IMG/VR virus record: IMGVR_UViG_3300046808_001087
Length of the DNA stretch: 20,000 nucleotides
Reading direction: 5' to 3' (one strand)
Source: an uncultured virus (IMG/VR IMGVR_UViG_3300046808_001087)
Taxonomy: Duplodnaviria > Heunggongvirae > Uroviricota > Caudoviricetes
Part shown: piece after piece, positions 8,314 to 16,886 of the stretch
Position numbering within the stretch: position 1 is the stretch's first letter
How the letters are laid out: the number at the start of each line of letters is the position of its first letter
Made by a program: the position numbers and the translations under genes
The notes under the pieces: generated by a model
Told to the model about the DNA's origin: nothing
The model's database searches: none
Seen by the model: the letters and a program-made list of their open reading frames with translations, nothing else

Positions 8314-11300
8314 TTATAATCCATATTTTGATTTATCGGCATCGAAGTTTTGTAAGATTTCAGAAGACGATAGTGCTGAATTATATATTCTCACAACACC
8401 CATTCTACCATTTAACCATTGAGAGAATTGTCCTCCGTTAAATGAGCCCAAATACAAAGGTGATGTTGTGTTTTTAATGCTTGCAAATGAATGTGAATTA
8501 CTTCCAATCAAATTACCGTTTATGTAAAGTGCGATTGAATTACTTGCAACATTTGTCCACACACCTACAACTTGGTACCACGTATTGATACTCAAACCAG
8601 TAAGTGGTGATGTTACTGAGGTTACTCCTCCATTACCTACTTCCATAAAAGTATTACTATTAGCAACTGTTCTTAAACCGTAACCCCAATCCGCAGAGGC
8701 TCCACCATCAGTTTTCGCTATCAGTATTCTGCTCGCACCCGCAATTACCGAATGATTTACCCAAAACTCAATAGACCAGTCACCGCTACCTGGTTCTAAT
8801 AAAGCATTGTCTGCAACACTTATTTCTGATGACGTACCATTAAATGTAAAGTATGGAGATGTAAATGTAATGTTAGACATTGTTCCATTCAAACCATTAC
8901 TTGATAAATCATTTATCACGGTTCCACTACCAGAATAACTTGAAGGGTTACTTGGGTCATAATATAACACAAGGTTACTTGTAATAGGCGTACCAGGTGT
9001 TGAACTCGGAGTTTGAGTTAATGTTGGGGTTGGTGTTAAAGTAGGTGTTTCACTAGGTGTTAATGTTGGAGTTTCAGTTGGTGTTTCACTAGGTGTTGGT
9101 GTAGAAGTTCCAGTACTTGTAGGGGTATTTGTTGGAGTTTCAGTTGGTGTTTCTGTTAATGATGGTGTAGGTGTTGGAGTACTAGTAGGAGTTTCTGTTA
9201 ATGTTGGCGTTGGAGTTTCGGTCGTAGTAGGAGTATTAGTTGGTGTTTCGGTAGGTGTTTCTGTTAATGATGGTGTAGGTGTTGGTGTATTAGTTGGTGT
9301 TTCAGTAGGAGTATTGGTTGGTGTTGGTGTAGGAGTTTCGGTCGTAGTAGGAGTATTAGTTGGTGTTTCGGTAGGTGTTTCTGTTAAAGTGGGGGTAGGT
9401 GTTGGTGTATTAGTTGGTGTTTCAGTAGGGGTTTCAGTGGGAGTTGCTGTAGGTATTGTACATGAAATTATAGATGAAATATCTCCATTATTTTCATCGA
9501 GTACATATATGTTTGTACCGTCAGAATAGTAACCGTCGGGTGCCAAGAATGCGTTATCACAAGAGTAATCGGTAAAGAGTTGGTTACCAATTTCAAGTAC
9601 CGCACCTACAGGTTGATAGTAATTTGTTGTCGTAGCGGAACAAGAATCATACGGACTATCCACACTATAACCTAAAGGAATAATTTGGTGGGTATTTTCT
9701 GCTGGGTTACTACAAAGTTGTACATAACTTATTTCACCGTCTCCAGATAAAACAACTGCGGAATTATAGTCACCACAAAAAATATCACTCCAATCTTCAG
9801 CGCCTCTAAATTGAATAGTGTTTCCTGAACAATCTGTAAATTGGAATAAAGGTTGTTCTGGTCCCATATATGAGAAAGAAATTTCTGAACATCCATCAGG
9901 TGTTGGGGTTGGTGGGTTTTCACAACTTAAACAAAAAGGGTCTAATAAACCATACCTGTTTTTTAATAATTTGAAATTATGCCTGATTTGCGCTCCGTTC
10001 AAAGGTTCCGTGTACATCCTAAACGCACTAATATCTCCAATGAAACTTCCACCAAAATATTTTTCTAAATGTATATGGGTAGTAAGACCTGAATATTCTG
10101 TTTCATCTAATGTTTCTGTTGTCAGACATTCAGGGTCTTGTTGGTATGTCATACCTGTTATAGTGGTAGGACAACCTGAAAGAGTTAAATTATCATGTAA
10201 CCCTTGAGTTCCTCCGCCTAAAGAAATGTTGTATGCAACGCCGACTTGTGTTTCGCGTGACGTATTCAAAGGTCTTGGAATTATCTCTTCAAAATTTTCA
10301 ACTACTAAAAAAAGTTTGCCGTTAACATAGAACTTGAATGAACCTAACCTGTCATTTTTTTCACCAACCCATCTCTCTGTGATATTAACAACCTCGACAG
10401 TTGCTGGGTCGTATGGTTCTTCTTGTGTAATTGGTGGTTGTATAAGACTGACACTATTATTCGCAGAACTTGCGGTATAAACGGTCTTTACTATCTCACC
10501 TAACCCACCTTTATATAATAAATCACAATCATCCAAATAGGTGTATCTTTGGAAAACAGCATCTATCTGAACCCATCTTTCTTCTTCGCTATAAGTAGAA
10601 CCAGAACAATCATCAAAAATTCCTCTGGTTGAACACCATTCGGTAACACTTGTTCCTGTCGTATAGGTTAATCCTGTCGAACAGACTCCAGTTGTTTCAC
10701 ATCCACCTGTTATTCTATAAGTTTTTACACATAGTCGTGGACTTCCGGTATCACCACTTAGTCTCAAGGATAGAGCATTCGAAACTCCATCATATAATGG
10801 GTTAAGTTCAGGTATAGAGGCATATGTTGTACAATTACAAGGACATTGACCACAACTACAATTCTGAGATGTCACCCCTGATTGTTGATAGACATATCCA
10901 CAAGTAGATGCGGTATACCCTGTTTCAGAACAACCACAGGTTTGTAAACAATTTAGTCCTTCAGTGACTCTAGTATAACCAGAATCTGACAAAGGTGAGC
11001 CATCCGCATAATGATAAAATTTGTTTTCTGCGCGAGCACCATAATAGAAGAAAATGCCCTTGTTTTCAGGATACCTTTGATTCAGTCCTACATTTGTGTC
11101 ACCCGTCCATCTATACCTTAACATGAATTCCGAAGACCAACCTAAATTAAATCTTTCGGGAAGCACTTGGTAGTCATATCCGAACGATTTATAAAATCCT
11201 TGATAAAATCCTCCATTCAATTTTACAAACCTTCCAGCCGTATCAGCATCTGTTTCTATAGAAAGATTGTAGTTGTATGAATTATCATTATAAATTCTGT

Positions 11301-11769
11301 CAGAAGTGGTTGTGAACCCTGTAATGGGGTGCATTTTGAATCTTCTATCGTACTTATATCTTGAAAAGATATCATCTGAGTTGGTATATAATCCAGTGTA
11401 TAATTCAATGGTTTCACCTGAAAATCTTTTGACCAAACCGTTATCAATTCCTGTTAATCCGACATCACACAATTCGGTTGTTGTCGAACAGTTTAACAAA
11501 TCTACTTCGGTGGGGTTCCAGTAGTTTTCAGATACAATAACATCTAAATCAAAGTTATCACAATTAACACAATTAATCGTGTCTGAACTGTTGATATCGA
11601 AATTAAATGGCATCCTATTTCCGTCATCTTCACCTATCAATAGTGGGGAGAAAACTACCTCTTGGTCATAGTCCTTTTCGTCGGATGCTAACGATATATC
11701 GGTTATTTCTCTTAATGGTTTAAGGTATAACCTTCTGAATACATATTGATTTATATTTTGGTATGACAT
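8314..11769 (-). CDS. Large probable virion protein: Cys-rich LamG/ConA-like N-terminal region, Pro/Thr mucin-like stalk, C-terminal LamG (Laminin_G_3) domain, 1151 aa
   Basis: N-region LamG-type strands: [38 protein letters not shown]...IRHNF. There is a 156-aa [11 protein letters not shown] tract. C-terminal Lam[76 protein letters not shown]. No signal peptide is apparent. Confidence 0.75.
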   Translation of the reverse strand: MSYQNINQYVFRRLYLKPLREITDISLASDEKDYDQEVVFSPLLIGEDDGNRMPFNFDINSSDTINCVNCDNFDLDVIVSENYWNPTEVDLLNCSTTTELCDVGLTGIDNGLVKRFSGETIELYTGLYTNSDDIFSRYKYDRRFKMHPITGFTTTSDRIYNDNSYNYNLSIETDADTAGRFVKLNGGFYQGFYKSFGYDYQVLPERFNLGWSSEFMLRYRWTGDTNVGLNQRYPENKGIFFYYGARAENKFYHYADGSPLSDSGYTRVTEGLNCLQTCGCSETGYTASTCGYVYQQSGVTSQNCSCGQCPCNCTTYASIPELNPLYDGVSNALSLRLSGDTGSPRLCVKTYRITGGCETTGVCSTGLTYTTGTSVTEWCSTRGIFDDCSGSTYSEEERWVQIDAVFQRYTYLDDCDLLYKGGLGEIVKTVYTASSANNSVSLIQPPITQEEPYDPATVEVVNITERWVGEKNDRLGSFKFYVNGKLFLVVENFEEIIPRPLNTSRETQVGVAYNISLGGGTQGLHDNLTLSGCPTTITGMTYQQDPECLTTETLDETEYSGLTTHIHLEKYFGGSFIGDISAFRMYTEPLNGAQIRHNFKLLKNRYGLLDPFCLSCENPPTPTPDGCSEISFSYMGPEQPLFQFTDCSGNTIQFRGAEDWSDIFCGDYNSAVVLSGDGEISYVQLCSNPAENTHQIIPLGYSVDSPYDSCSATTTNYYQPVGAVLEIGNQLFTDYSCDNAFLAPDGYYSDGTNIYVLDENNGDISSIISCTIPTATPTETPTETPTNTPTPTPTLTETPTETPTNTPTTTETPTPTPTNTPTETPTNTPTPTPSLTETPTETPTNTPTTTETPTPTLTETPTSTPTPTPSLTETPTETPTNTPTSTGTSTPTPSETPTETPTLTPSETPTLTPTPTLTQTPSSTPGTPITSNLVLYYDPSNPSSYSGSGTVINDLSSNGLNGTMSNITFTSPYFTFNGTSSEISVADNALLEPGSGDWSIEFWVNHSVIAGASRILIAKTDGGASADWGYGLRTVANSNTFMEVGNGGVTSVTSPLTGLSINTWYQVVGVWTNVASNSIALYINGNLIGSNSHSFASIKNTTSPLYLGSFNGGQFSQWLNGRMGVVRIYNSALSSSEILQNFDADKSKYGL
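8986..9453 (-). repeat. Pro/Thr-rich coding repeat (TP(T/S), TETPT, TNTPT units) with a 120-bp-period duplication
   Basis: 9212-9309 and 9332-9429 are the same 98 nt with 4 mismatches. The surrounding degenerate 12-nt units encode TPTE/TPTN. Confidence 0.9.
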
Positions 11770-11780
11770 AATCTATTAGA

Positions 11781-11807
11781 ATAAATACACTTTGAGCGTG
11801 TATTTAT
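11781..11807. promoter_or_regulatory. Divergent promoter-like inverted repeat ATAAATACAC-N7-GTGTATTTAT
   Basis: Perfect 10-bp arms at 11781-11790 and 11798-11807. On each strand GTGTATTTAT ends exactly 11 nt before the ATG of the divergent gene (11769 on minus, 11819 on plus). Confidence 0.7.
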
Positions 11808-11818
11808 AGTAAAAAAAG

Positions 11819-12607
11819 ATGATTACTTTAGATAAAGAATTTTTTTATAACTCATACTATTTTTTCTTGAAGGAAAATAAAAATGATTACTCATTTTATT
11901 TTTCCTGTGAAGATACGTTGACTGAAGCCAGAAAAAAAGATGAAGTTGTTAAAATACCGAAAGACAAATTGCATAAGATAGAGAAGTATCTTGAAAAAGT
12001 TTTGAAGGTAAAAAAGAAAAAATCTACGAAAGAAATGAAATCTGAAATTGAGGAATTGGTAGATGCTGACGGAAGTTTTATGAATTCGAAGATACCAATT
12101 TTAGACCCAAAAATGCATCCTAGAAAAACTATGGACCAAACAATAGCAATGGCAGTACAACCAAGCGATATCTTCAGAAGAGGTTACTCGTATAGAAGTT
12201 ATTTTGGCGAGGAAGATATGTCGAAGGCTTTTGGTTATGAAGAAACAAAAGATTTGCCACCAAAGGAAACTATAAAAAAACTTAAGAAAATGGGTGTTGA
12301 AGACCCCGTTGGAAGAGCAGAAGAAATGGGTAAAGTTCCAAAACTTGACAAAAAGAAGAAGAAAGGGGCGGACATGAGAATAAGGTTACAAGAAAAGGAA
12401 AAAATAGAAGAAGTACAAAAACAAAAAGCAATTAAAGTCTTGGAAGATATTCTACTCAATAAAAAAAACCAAGATAAGTCGGAAGTTGCCGACAAAGAGA
12501 ATAAAGTTAGTGGAATAATTAAAAAACAAATTAACTCTCTGATGAAACAAGCAGAAAAACAAGGAATGTCTAAAAAAGACATTGTTAAATTATTAAGTAG
12601 TGAATAA
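11819..12607 (+). CDS. Hypothetical Lys/Glu-rich phage protein, 262 aa
   Basis: Long ORF, first gene of the plus-strand arm after the TATTTAT motif. No family recognised. Confidence 0.7.
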   Translation: MITLDKEFFYNSYYFFLKENKNDYSFYFSCEDTLTEARKKDEVVKIPKDKLHKIEKYLEKVLKVKKKKSTKEMKSEIEELVDADGSFMNSKIPILDPKMHPRKTMDQTIAMAVQPSDIFRRGYSYRSYFGEEDMSKAFGYEETKDLPPKETIKKLKKMGVEDPVGRAEEMGKVPKLDKKKKKGADMRIRLQEKEKIEEVQKQKAIKVLEDILLNKKNQDKSEVADKENKVSGIIKKQINSLMKQAEKQGMSKKDIVKLLSSE

Positions 12608-13076
12608 AGACCTATATAATAACGTGAGAGGAGTGATAGAGTTTCCTAAAGATAAAAGGGAACATATGGCTAAATGCATGAAATTGGCTGGTGAGGTCAG
12701 AGAAGATATCGAAGGATATCAGAGAAACAAAGAACTACAGGGAAAAGAAACTATCGATTACAAACAACTTAAAAGAATTAAAAACTTTTTCGATAATTTT
12801 TCGGGAGACCAAAAACACCCTTCGTTTATTCTAAATGGAGGTGTTGAAATGAAAAATTGGGTAAATGATGTATTGAGGAGAATGAGGGAAGGCCAAAAAA
12901 TGACCAAAACAAATAAAATGGAAACAGGTATGATGAATCAGTTTATCAGACCTCATGAGAAGAAAGACTTTACAAATGTCCGAAAATCAAAAGAACATAA
13001 CTCAACTTTGTCAAAATATGACGTTGCAGTTACGGAATCTTTAAGAAGAATAAACGAAATAATATCAAAAATTTAA
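12600..13076 (+). CDS. Hypothetical protein, 158 aa (GTG start), possibly related to a small helical domain of phage head-morphogenesis proteins
   Basis: 8-nt overlap with the previous gene. EGYQRNKELQ...QLKRIKNFF...ILNGG..MKNWV loosely resembles the phage 'G..RA..L....RM.SFF...LWGG....W' pattern. The assignment is weak. Confidence 0.55.
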   Translation: MNKDLYNNVRGVIEFPKDKREHMAKCMKLAGEVREDIEGYQRNKELQGKETIDYKQLKRIKNFFDNFSGDQKHPSFILNGGVEMKNWVNDVLRRMREGQKMTKTNKMETGMMNQFIRPHEKKDFTNVRKSKEHNSTLSKYDVAVTESLRRINEIISKI

Positions 13077-13079
13077 ACT

Positions 13080-13379
13080 ATGGCAAACGAACTCACGCTT
13101 GATTTGTCTCAAGATGTTGCAAATGCCTTGACAGCAATTGCAGACCAAGAAAGGGCTAAATTAATACCTAAAAATGATTTCAATGCTGTTGGTAACCAAT
13201 ACTCCGCGGTTAACAGAGATGCGGTTGCTGATGGTGACAACAGAGGTAGAGGAACAGGAGTATTTTTAGATGTATATAATCAATCTGCAGGTGACAAAAC
13301 CGACATAGCAGAAAGGAAAAATGAAATAAAAATAAACAGGTATAACTCGTCAAAACCTTATCCTGACTTTCAAATATGA
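13080..13379 (+). CDS. Hypothetical protein, 99 aa
   Basis: ORF 3 nt after the previous stop, with an ATGA overlap into the next gene. Confidence 0.65.
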   Translation: MANELTLDLSQDVANALTAIADQERAKLIPKNDFNAVGNQYSAVNRDAVADGDNRGRGTGVFLDVYNQSAGDKTDIAERKNEIKINRYNSSKPYPDFQI

Positions 13380-13756
13380 AACTACAAGGAGCACTAAAAG
13401 GGTTAATTTGTGAGATTGCATCAATCGAGTCCATTACTGATTGTATAAAAAACAAGAAGAAATGCATAATTTATTATGATGGTGATGAACCTGGAGGTCG
13501 TGGATTGAGGGAAATTGAGCCCGTATGTTTAGGTGTTAGTAAAGCGGGTAATAAAATATTAAGAGCGTGGGATGAGGAAGGCGCTTCCCATACCGCATAT
13601 AATGGTGAGCAGCCACTACCAGGATGGAGATTGTTTAGGATAGATAAAATTTTATCTTTGAAACCTACTGGGGAAACATTTACAGAAATGAGACCAAATT
13701 TTAATCCTAATGGTGACAAAAGCATGACTAATGTTATTATTATTAGTAAATTTTAA
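13376..13756 (+). CDS. Stand-alone WYL domain protein, 126 aa
   Basis: CIIYY...REIEPVCLG...ILRAWD...WRLFRIDKILSL..TGETF matches the WYL pattern (I.Y / R.IEP..L / L.AW / R.FR.DRI). There is no HTH and no WCX domain. Confidence 0.8.
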   Translation: MKLQGALKGLICEIASIESITDCIKNKKKCIIYYDGDEPGGRGLREIEPVCLGVSKAGNKILRAWDEEGASHTAYNGEQPLPGWRLFRIDKILSLKPTGETFTEMRPNFNPNGDKSMTNVIIISKF

Positions 13757-13759
13757 ATT

Positions 13760-14323
13760 ATGGACAGATTAATGGAAAAACTGATGATATCTAAGGCTAT
13801 CATGGACAAATCAGATAGTATTAAAAAAACAGGAAATGGAGGATTACCCCCAACATCATTACAACAATTCGATATCCCTGAAGCGAAATTTAATATTCCG
13901 CAAGAATTTATGTCTGAAACAAAAACACCTTCAGGATTACCTCCAGATAGACCAATGAAAACACCTACAGTCGAGGCAATAAAAAATTCGAAACTTCCTG
14001 AAGAAATCAAAAAACTAATGATTGAACACCCAATTCAAACTATGCAATCTCCAACAACTACTCTGTCTAATGAATTGGTTGAAAGAGCGTCAAGATTGAT
14101 GAAAGAGGGAAAACAACTTCAGCAGGAAGAGCAATCACCTCAGAAATCTTCAAACATAGATATCAAACAAATACAGCAAATAGTAGAATCAACAGTTAGA
14201 AAAGTCCTCAAAGAAAACGGGTTGATTTCAGAGTCTGAAGAAAAAGCTAACGAGGTTTTTACATTCAAAGTTGGAAAACATATTTTCGAAGGTAAAGTTA
14301 CCAAAATCAAAAAAATAGCCTAA
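13760..14323 (+). CDS. Hypothetical protein, 187 aa
   Basis: In-operon ORF with a low-complexity middle, SKLPEEIKKLMIEHPI and a C-terminal beta hairpin FTFKVGKHIFEGKV. No family recognised. Confidence 0.7.
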   Translation: MDRLMEKLMISKAIMDKSDSIKKTGNGGLPPTSLQQFDIPEAKFNIPQEFMSETKTPSGLPPDRPMKTPTVEAIKNSKLPEEIKKLMIEHPIQTMQSPTTTLSNELVERASRLMKEGKQLQQEEQSPQKSSNIDIKQIQQIVESTVRKVLKENGLISESEEKANEVFTFKVGKHIFEGKVTKIKKIA

Positions 14324-14334
14324 CCTATTTTTTT
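14309..14334 (+). terminator. Weak AT-rich hairpin or possible terminator at the end of the five-gene block
   Basis: AAAAAAATAG-cctaac-CTATTTTTTT is a 10-bp inverted repeat around the stop codon, but it has only one GC pair. Confidence 0.3.
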
Positions 14335-14349
14335 ATTTAAGATTTTAGA

Positions 14350-14360
14350 TTATATTTTTG
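14350..14360 (+). promoter_or_regulatory. Putative promoter element TTATATTTTTG upstream of the GT4/exonuclease/dUTPase operon
   Basis: Shares TTATATTT with the polB upstream region. 14353-14360 TATTTTTG fits the Bacteroidetes -7 consensus TAnnTTTG. Confidence 0.35.
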
Positions 14361-14375
14361 ACTGAATAATTTATT

Positions 14376-15590
14376 ATGATGTCAAAAATTAAAGTTTTAG
14401 TTGTCCCATCTGATAGAACGGGTGTCGGTAAATTTAGGTCTGTTGACCCTCACATTTTTTTACAAAATTTATTTCCAAATGAATTCCATGTTGATATAGA
14501 CTATGAACCAAATGTCTCTAACATGGATTTTTGGAAGCAATATCAAATTGTTGCATTTCATAGAAGTATAAGTACTGATTTCGATTTGGCAAACCAACTT
14601 ATACAAAAGTTAAATTCTATGGGTATCGTAACCATTTGTGATATTGACGATTATTGGATGCCAGGTAAAGAACACCCAATACATGATGTTATCAGATTTA
14701 ATAAAATCAATGAAAAGATTGTTGCTAACATTAGAGTCGCAAAATATGTTACTACAACAACATCTCTGTTTGCAGATGAAATAAAAAAAGTTAACAATAA
14801 TGTTTTTGTGTTTCCCAATGGAGTTAATCCAAAGGAACCACAATTCATGGAACCAACACCAGAATTCGATAGAATCAGAATTGGTTGGCTTGGAGGCTCT
14901 TCGCATCTACACGATTTACAACTTTTAGACCAATCCTTTAGTAAGCTAATGTCTATTAAAGATAAAGTTCAATATGTTCTTTGCGGTTTTGATACTCGAG
15001 GTAGCGTTACAGAAATCAATCAACAAACAAAAGAACAAGTAAGGAGAAATATTAGACCTGAAGAAACAGTATGGGCATCCTACGAAAAAATATTTACACA
15101 GAATTATCAAATAATTTCTGAAGACTATAAAAAGTTTTTGCTCGAGTATAATCAAGAAAATTATCAGAACGAGTCATCAGAATCGTATGCAAGAGTTTGG
15201 ACTAAACCTGTAACTTCATACGCCAAAAACTACTCAAGGTTTGATATATCTTTAGCACCGATTAAAAATCATATGTTCAATCGTATGAAATCACAATTGA
15301 AGGTAATCGAATCAGGGTTTTATAAGAAGGCATTGATTGCATCAAACTTGGGACCTTATACAATTGATTTGAAACATTGTTTGAAAAATGGTAACTTTGT
15401 CGATGGAAATGCTTTGCTAGTCGATGAAAATAGAAATCATTCAGATTGGGCTAAATTTATAGAAAAACTAGTCAAAAATCCAAACATGATTAAAGATATG
15501 GGTGAAAGACTTTATGAAACTGTTAAAGACACCTATGACCTTAACACTATAACTAAAAACAGAGCAGAATTTTATAAATCTATAGTATGA
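14376..15590 (+). CDS. GT-B fold (GT4-like) glycosyltransferase, 404 aa
   Basis: GVGKFRSVDPH, ICDIDDYW, VTTTTSLFA, VFPNGV, RIGWLGGSSHLHDL, FDISLAPI....FNRMKSQLKVIESG, IASNLGPY. Confidence 0.8.
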   Translation: MMSKIKVLVVPSDRTGVGKFRSVDPHIFLQNLFPNEFHVDIDYEPNVSNMDFWKQYQIVAFHRSISTDFDLANQLIQKLNSMGIVTICDIDDYWMPGKEHPIHDVIRFNKINEKIVANIRVAKYVTTTTSLFADEIKKVNNNVFVFPNGVNPKEPQFMEPTPEFDRIRIGWLGGSSHLHDLQLLDQSFSKLMSIKDKVQYVLCGFDTRGSVTEINQQTKEQVRRNIRPEETVWASYEKIFTQNYQIISEDYKKFLLEYNQENYQNESSESYARVWTKPVTSYAKNYSRFDISLAPIKNHMFNRMKSQLKVIESGFYKKALIASNLGPYTIDLKHCLKNGNFVDGNALLVDENRNHSDWAKFIEKLVKNPNMIKDMGERLYETVKDTYDLNTITKNRAEFYKSIV

Positions 15591-16288
15591 TAAATCTACC
15601 AATAGAAAAGTTACTTTTTATCGATATTGAGACTGTAGGTACAGAAAATACTTATGAAGACCTTTCGAAAAAAAATAGTAAATTAGCATCTCTATTCGAA
15701 CACTACGAATCGTGGTTCAAAAAAAGGTTCCCTGAAGATGAAAATTTAACATTGGGGGAAATGTTCAAAATTAGGACTGCTTTAGTTCCTGAATTTGCCA
15801 AAATTGTTTGTGTTTGTATGGGACTTGTAGACCAATCCGGTAAATTCAAAACAACAGTTATTTCCGACACTGATGAAAAAAAATTATTGGAGAGTGTTAG
15901 AAAAACATTAATAAAGTGTGGTGAAATGGGGTATTGGTTATGTGGTCATAATGTCAAAAATTTTGATATACCTATGTTAGGTAAACGAATGGTAATAAAC
16001 GGATTACTACCACCTAAAATATTACCTTCTTATGATACAAAGCCATGGGAAATCAAGGCTGTTGATACAAGGGATGTATGGCAATTTGGACAGTACGCAT
16101 CAATTTCGACTTTAGATTTGATGTGTGGAGTTTTAGGCATACCTTCGCCAAAATCCGATGAAATGGACGGGTCAAGGGTACATGAGGTTTTTTGGAACGA
16201 AAAAGATTATGATAAAATAAACAAATATTGTGAGAAAGATGTTGTGCAGTTATATGAGGTAGTTAATAAACTTTCAAATTTAAAATAA
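15587..16288 (+). CDS. 3'-5' exonuclease, PolB-related DEDDy family, 233 aa
   Basis: ExoI LFIDIETV, PEFAKIVCV, ExoII GHNVKNFDIPML, ExoIII YCEKDV, plus KPWE...DT...W.FG. Confidence 0.85.
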   Translation: MINLPIEKLLFIDIETVGTENTYEDLSKKNSKLASLFEHYESWFKKRFPEDENLTLGEMFKIRTALVPEFAKIVCVCMGLVDQSGKFKTTVISDTDEKKLLESVRKTLIKCGEMGYWLCGHNVKNFDIPMLGKRMVINGLLPPKILPSYDTKPWEIKAVDTRDVWQFGQYASISTLDLMCGVLGIPSPKSDEMDGSRVHEVFWNEKDYDKINKYCEKDVVQLYEVVNKLSNLK

Positions 16289-16884
16289 TGAATGACCAAG
16301 AATTCTTGAAACAAATCATGGACGAGTTTCAAAAAATACAACAAAAATATTCTGAAGAATTGCCCTCCGACACTGATGAAAGTGTATTGAGTGAAACCTT
16401 AAGACAACTTGATGAAGAACTTCATAATAGTAGTATAAAAAGTGAACTTTTCGTTCAAAAAATACATGAAGATGCAATCACACCATCCTATGCCTATTTA
16501 ACCGATTCAGGTTTTGATTTACATTCAGTAGAAGAAATAACTATCGAACCGTTCGGAAGAGCGTTAGTACCCACAGGACTGAGGTTTAATATACCTCCAG
16601 GATTTGAAATTCAAGTCAGACCAAAAAGCGGATTGGCAATTAAAGAAGGGATTACAGTGCTAAACACACCAGGAACTGTTGACCAAGGATATAATGGTGA
16701 ACTAAAAGTTATAATTTTTAACACTAACAATAAATCGTTCACCATCAAAAATAAAATGAAAATTGCTCAGGGCGTATTATGTCCAGTGGCGTCAGGTAAC
16801 TTTATCACCATAGTTGAAGTTGATAACGTTGAAGAAACCGATAGAGGTGATAATGGTTTCGGTAGCACAGGTTTAAATCTATAA
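16288..16884 (+). CDS. dut: Trimeric dUTPase with an acidic N-terminal extension, 198 aa
   Basis: Five motifs are present: DSGFDL, RPKSGLA, NTPGTVDQGYNGE, KIAQGV, RGDNGFGSTG. Confidence 0.95.
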   Translation: MNDQEFLKQIMDEFQKIQQKYSEELPSDTDESVLSETLRQLDEELHNSSIKSELFVQKIHEDAITPSYAYLTDSGFDLHSVEEITIEPFGRALVPTGLRFNIPPGFEIQVRPKSGLAIKEGITVLNTPGTVDQGYNGELKVIIFNTNNKSFTIKNKMKIAQGVLCPVASGNFITIVEVDNVEETDRGDNGFGSTGLNL

Positions 16885-16886
16885 AA

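Noticed and set aside
8986..9453. Repeats considered as a CRISPR array or DGR template/variable repeat
   Set aside because: They are in-frame coding repeats with no unique spacers. The mismatches are few and not confined to adenines, and no cas or reverse transcriptase gene is in the window.
9314..9529. 71-aa Val/Gly repeat ORF on the plus strand
   Set aside because: It is the antisense shadow of the Thr/Pro repeat (ACN/CCN codons read as GTN/GGN).
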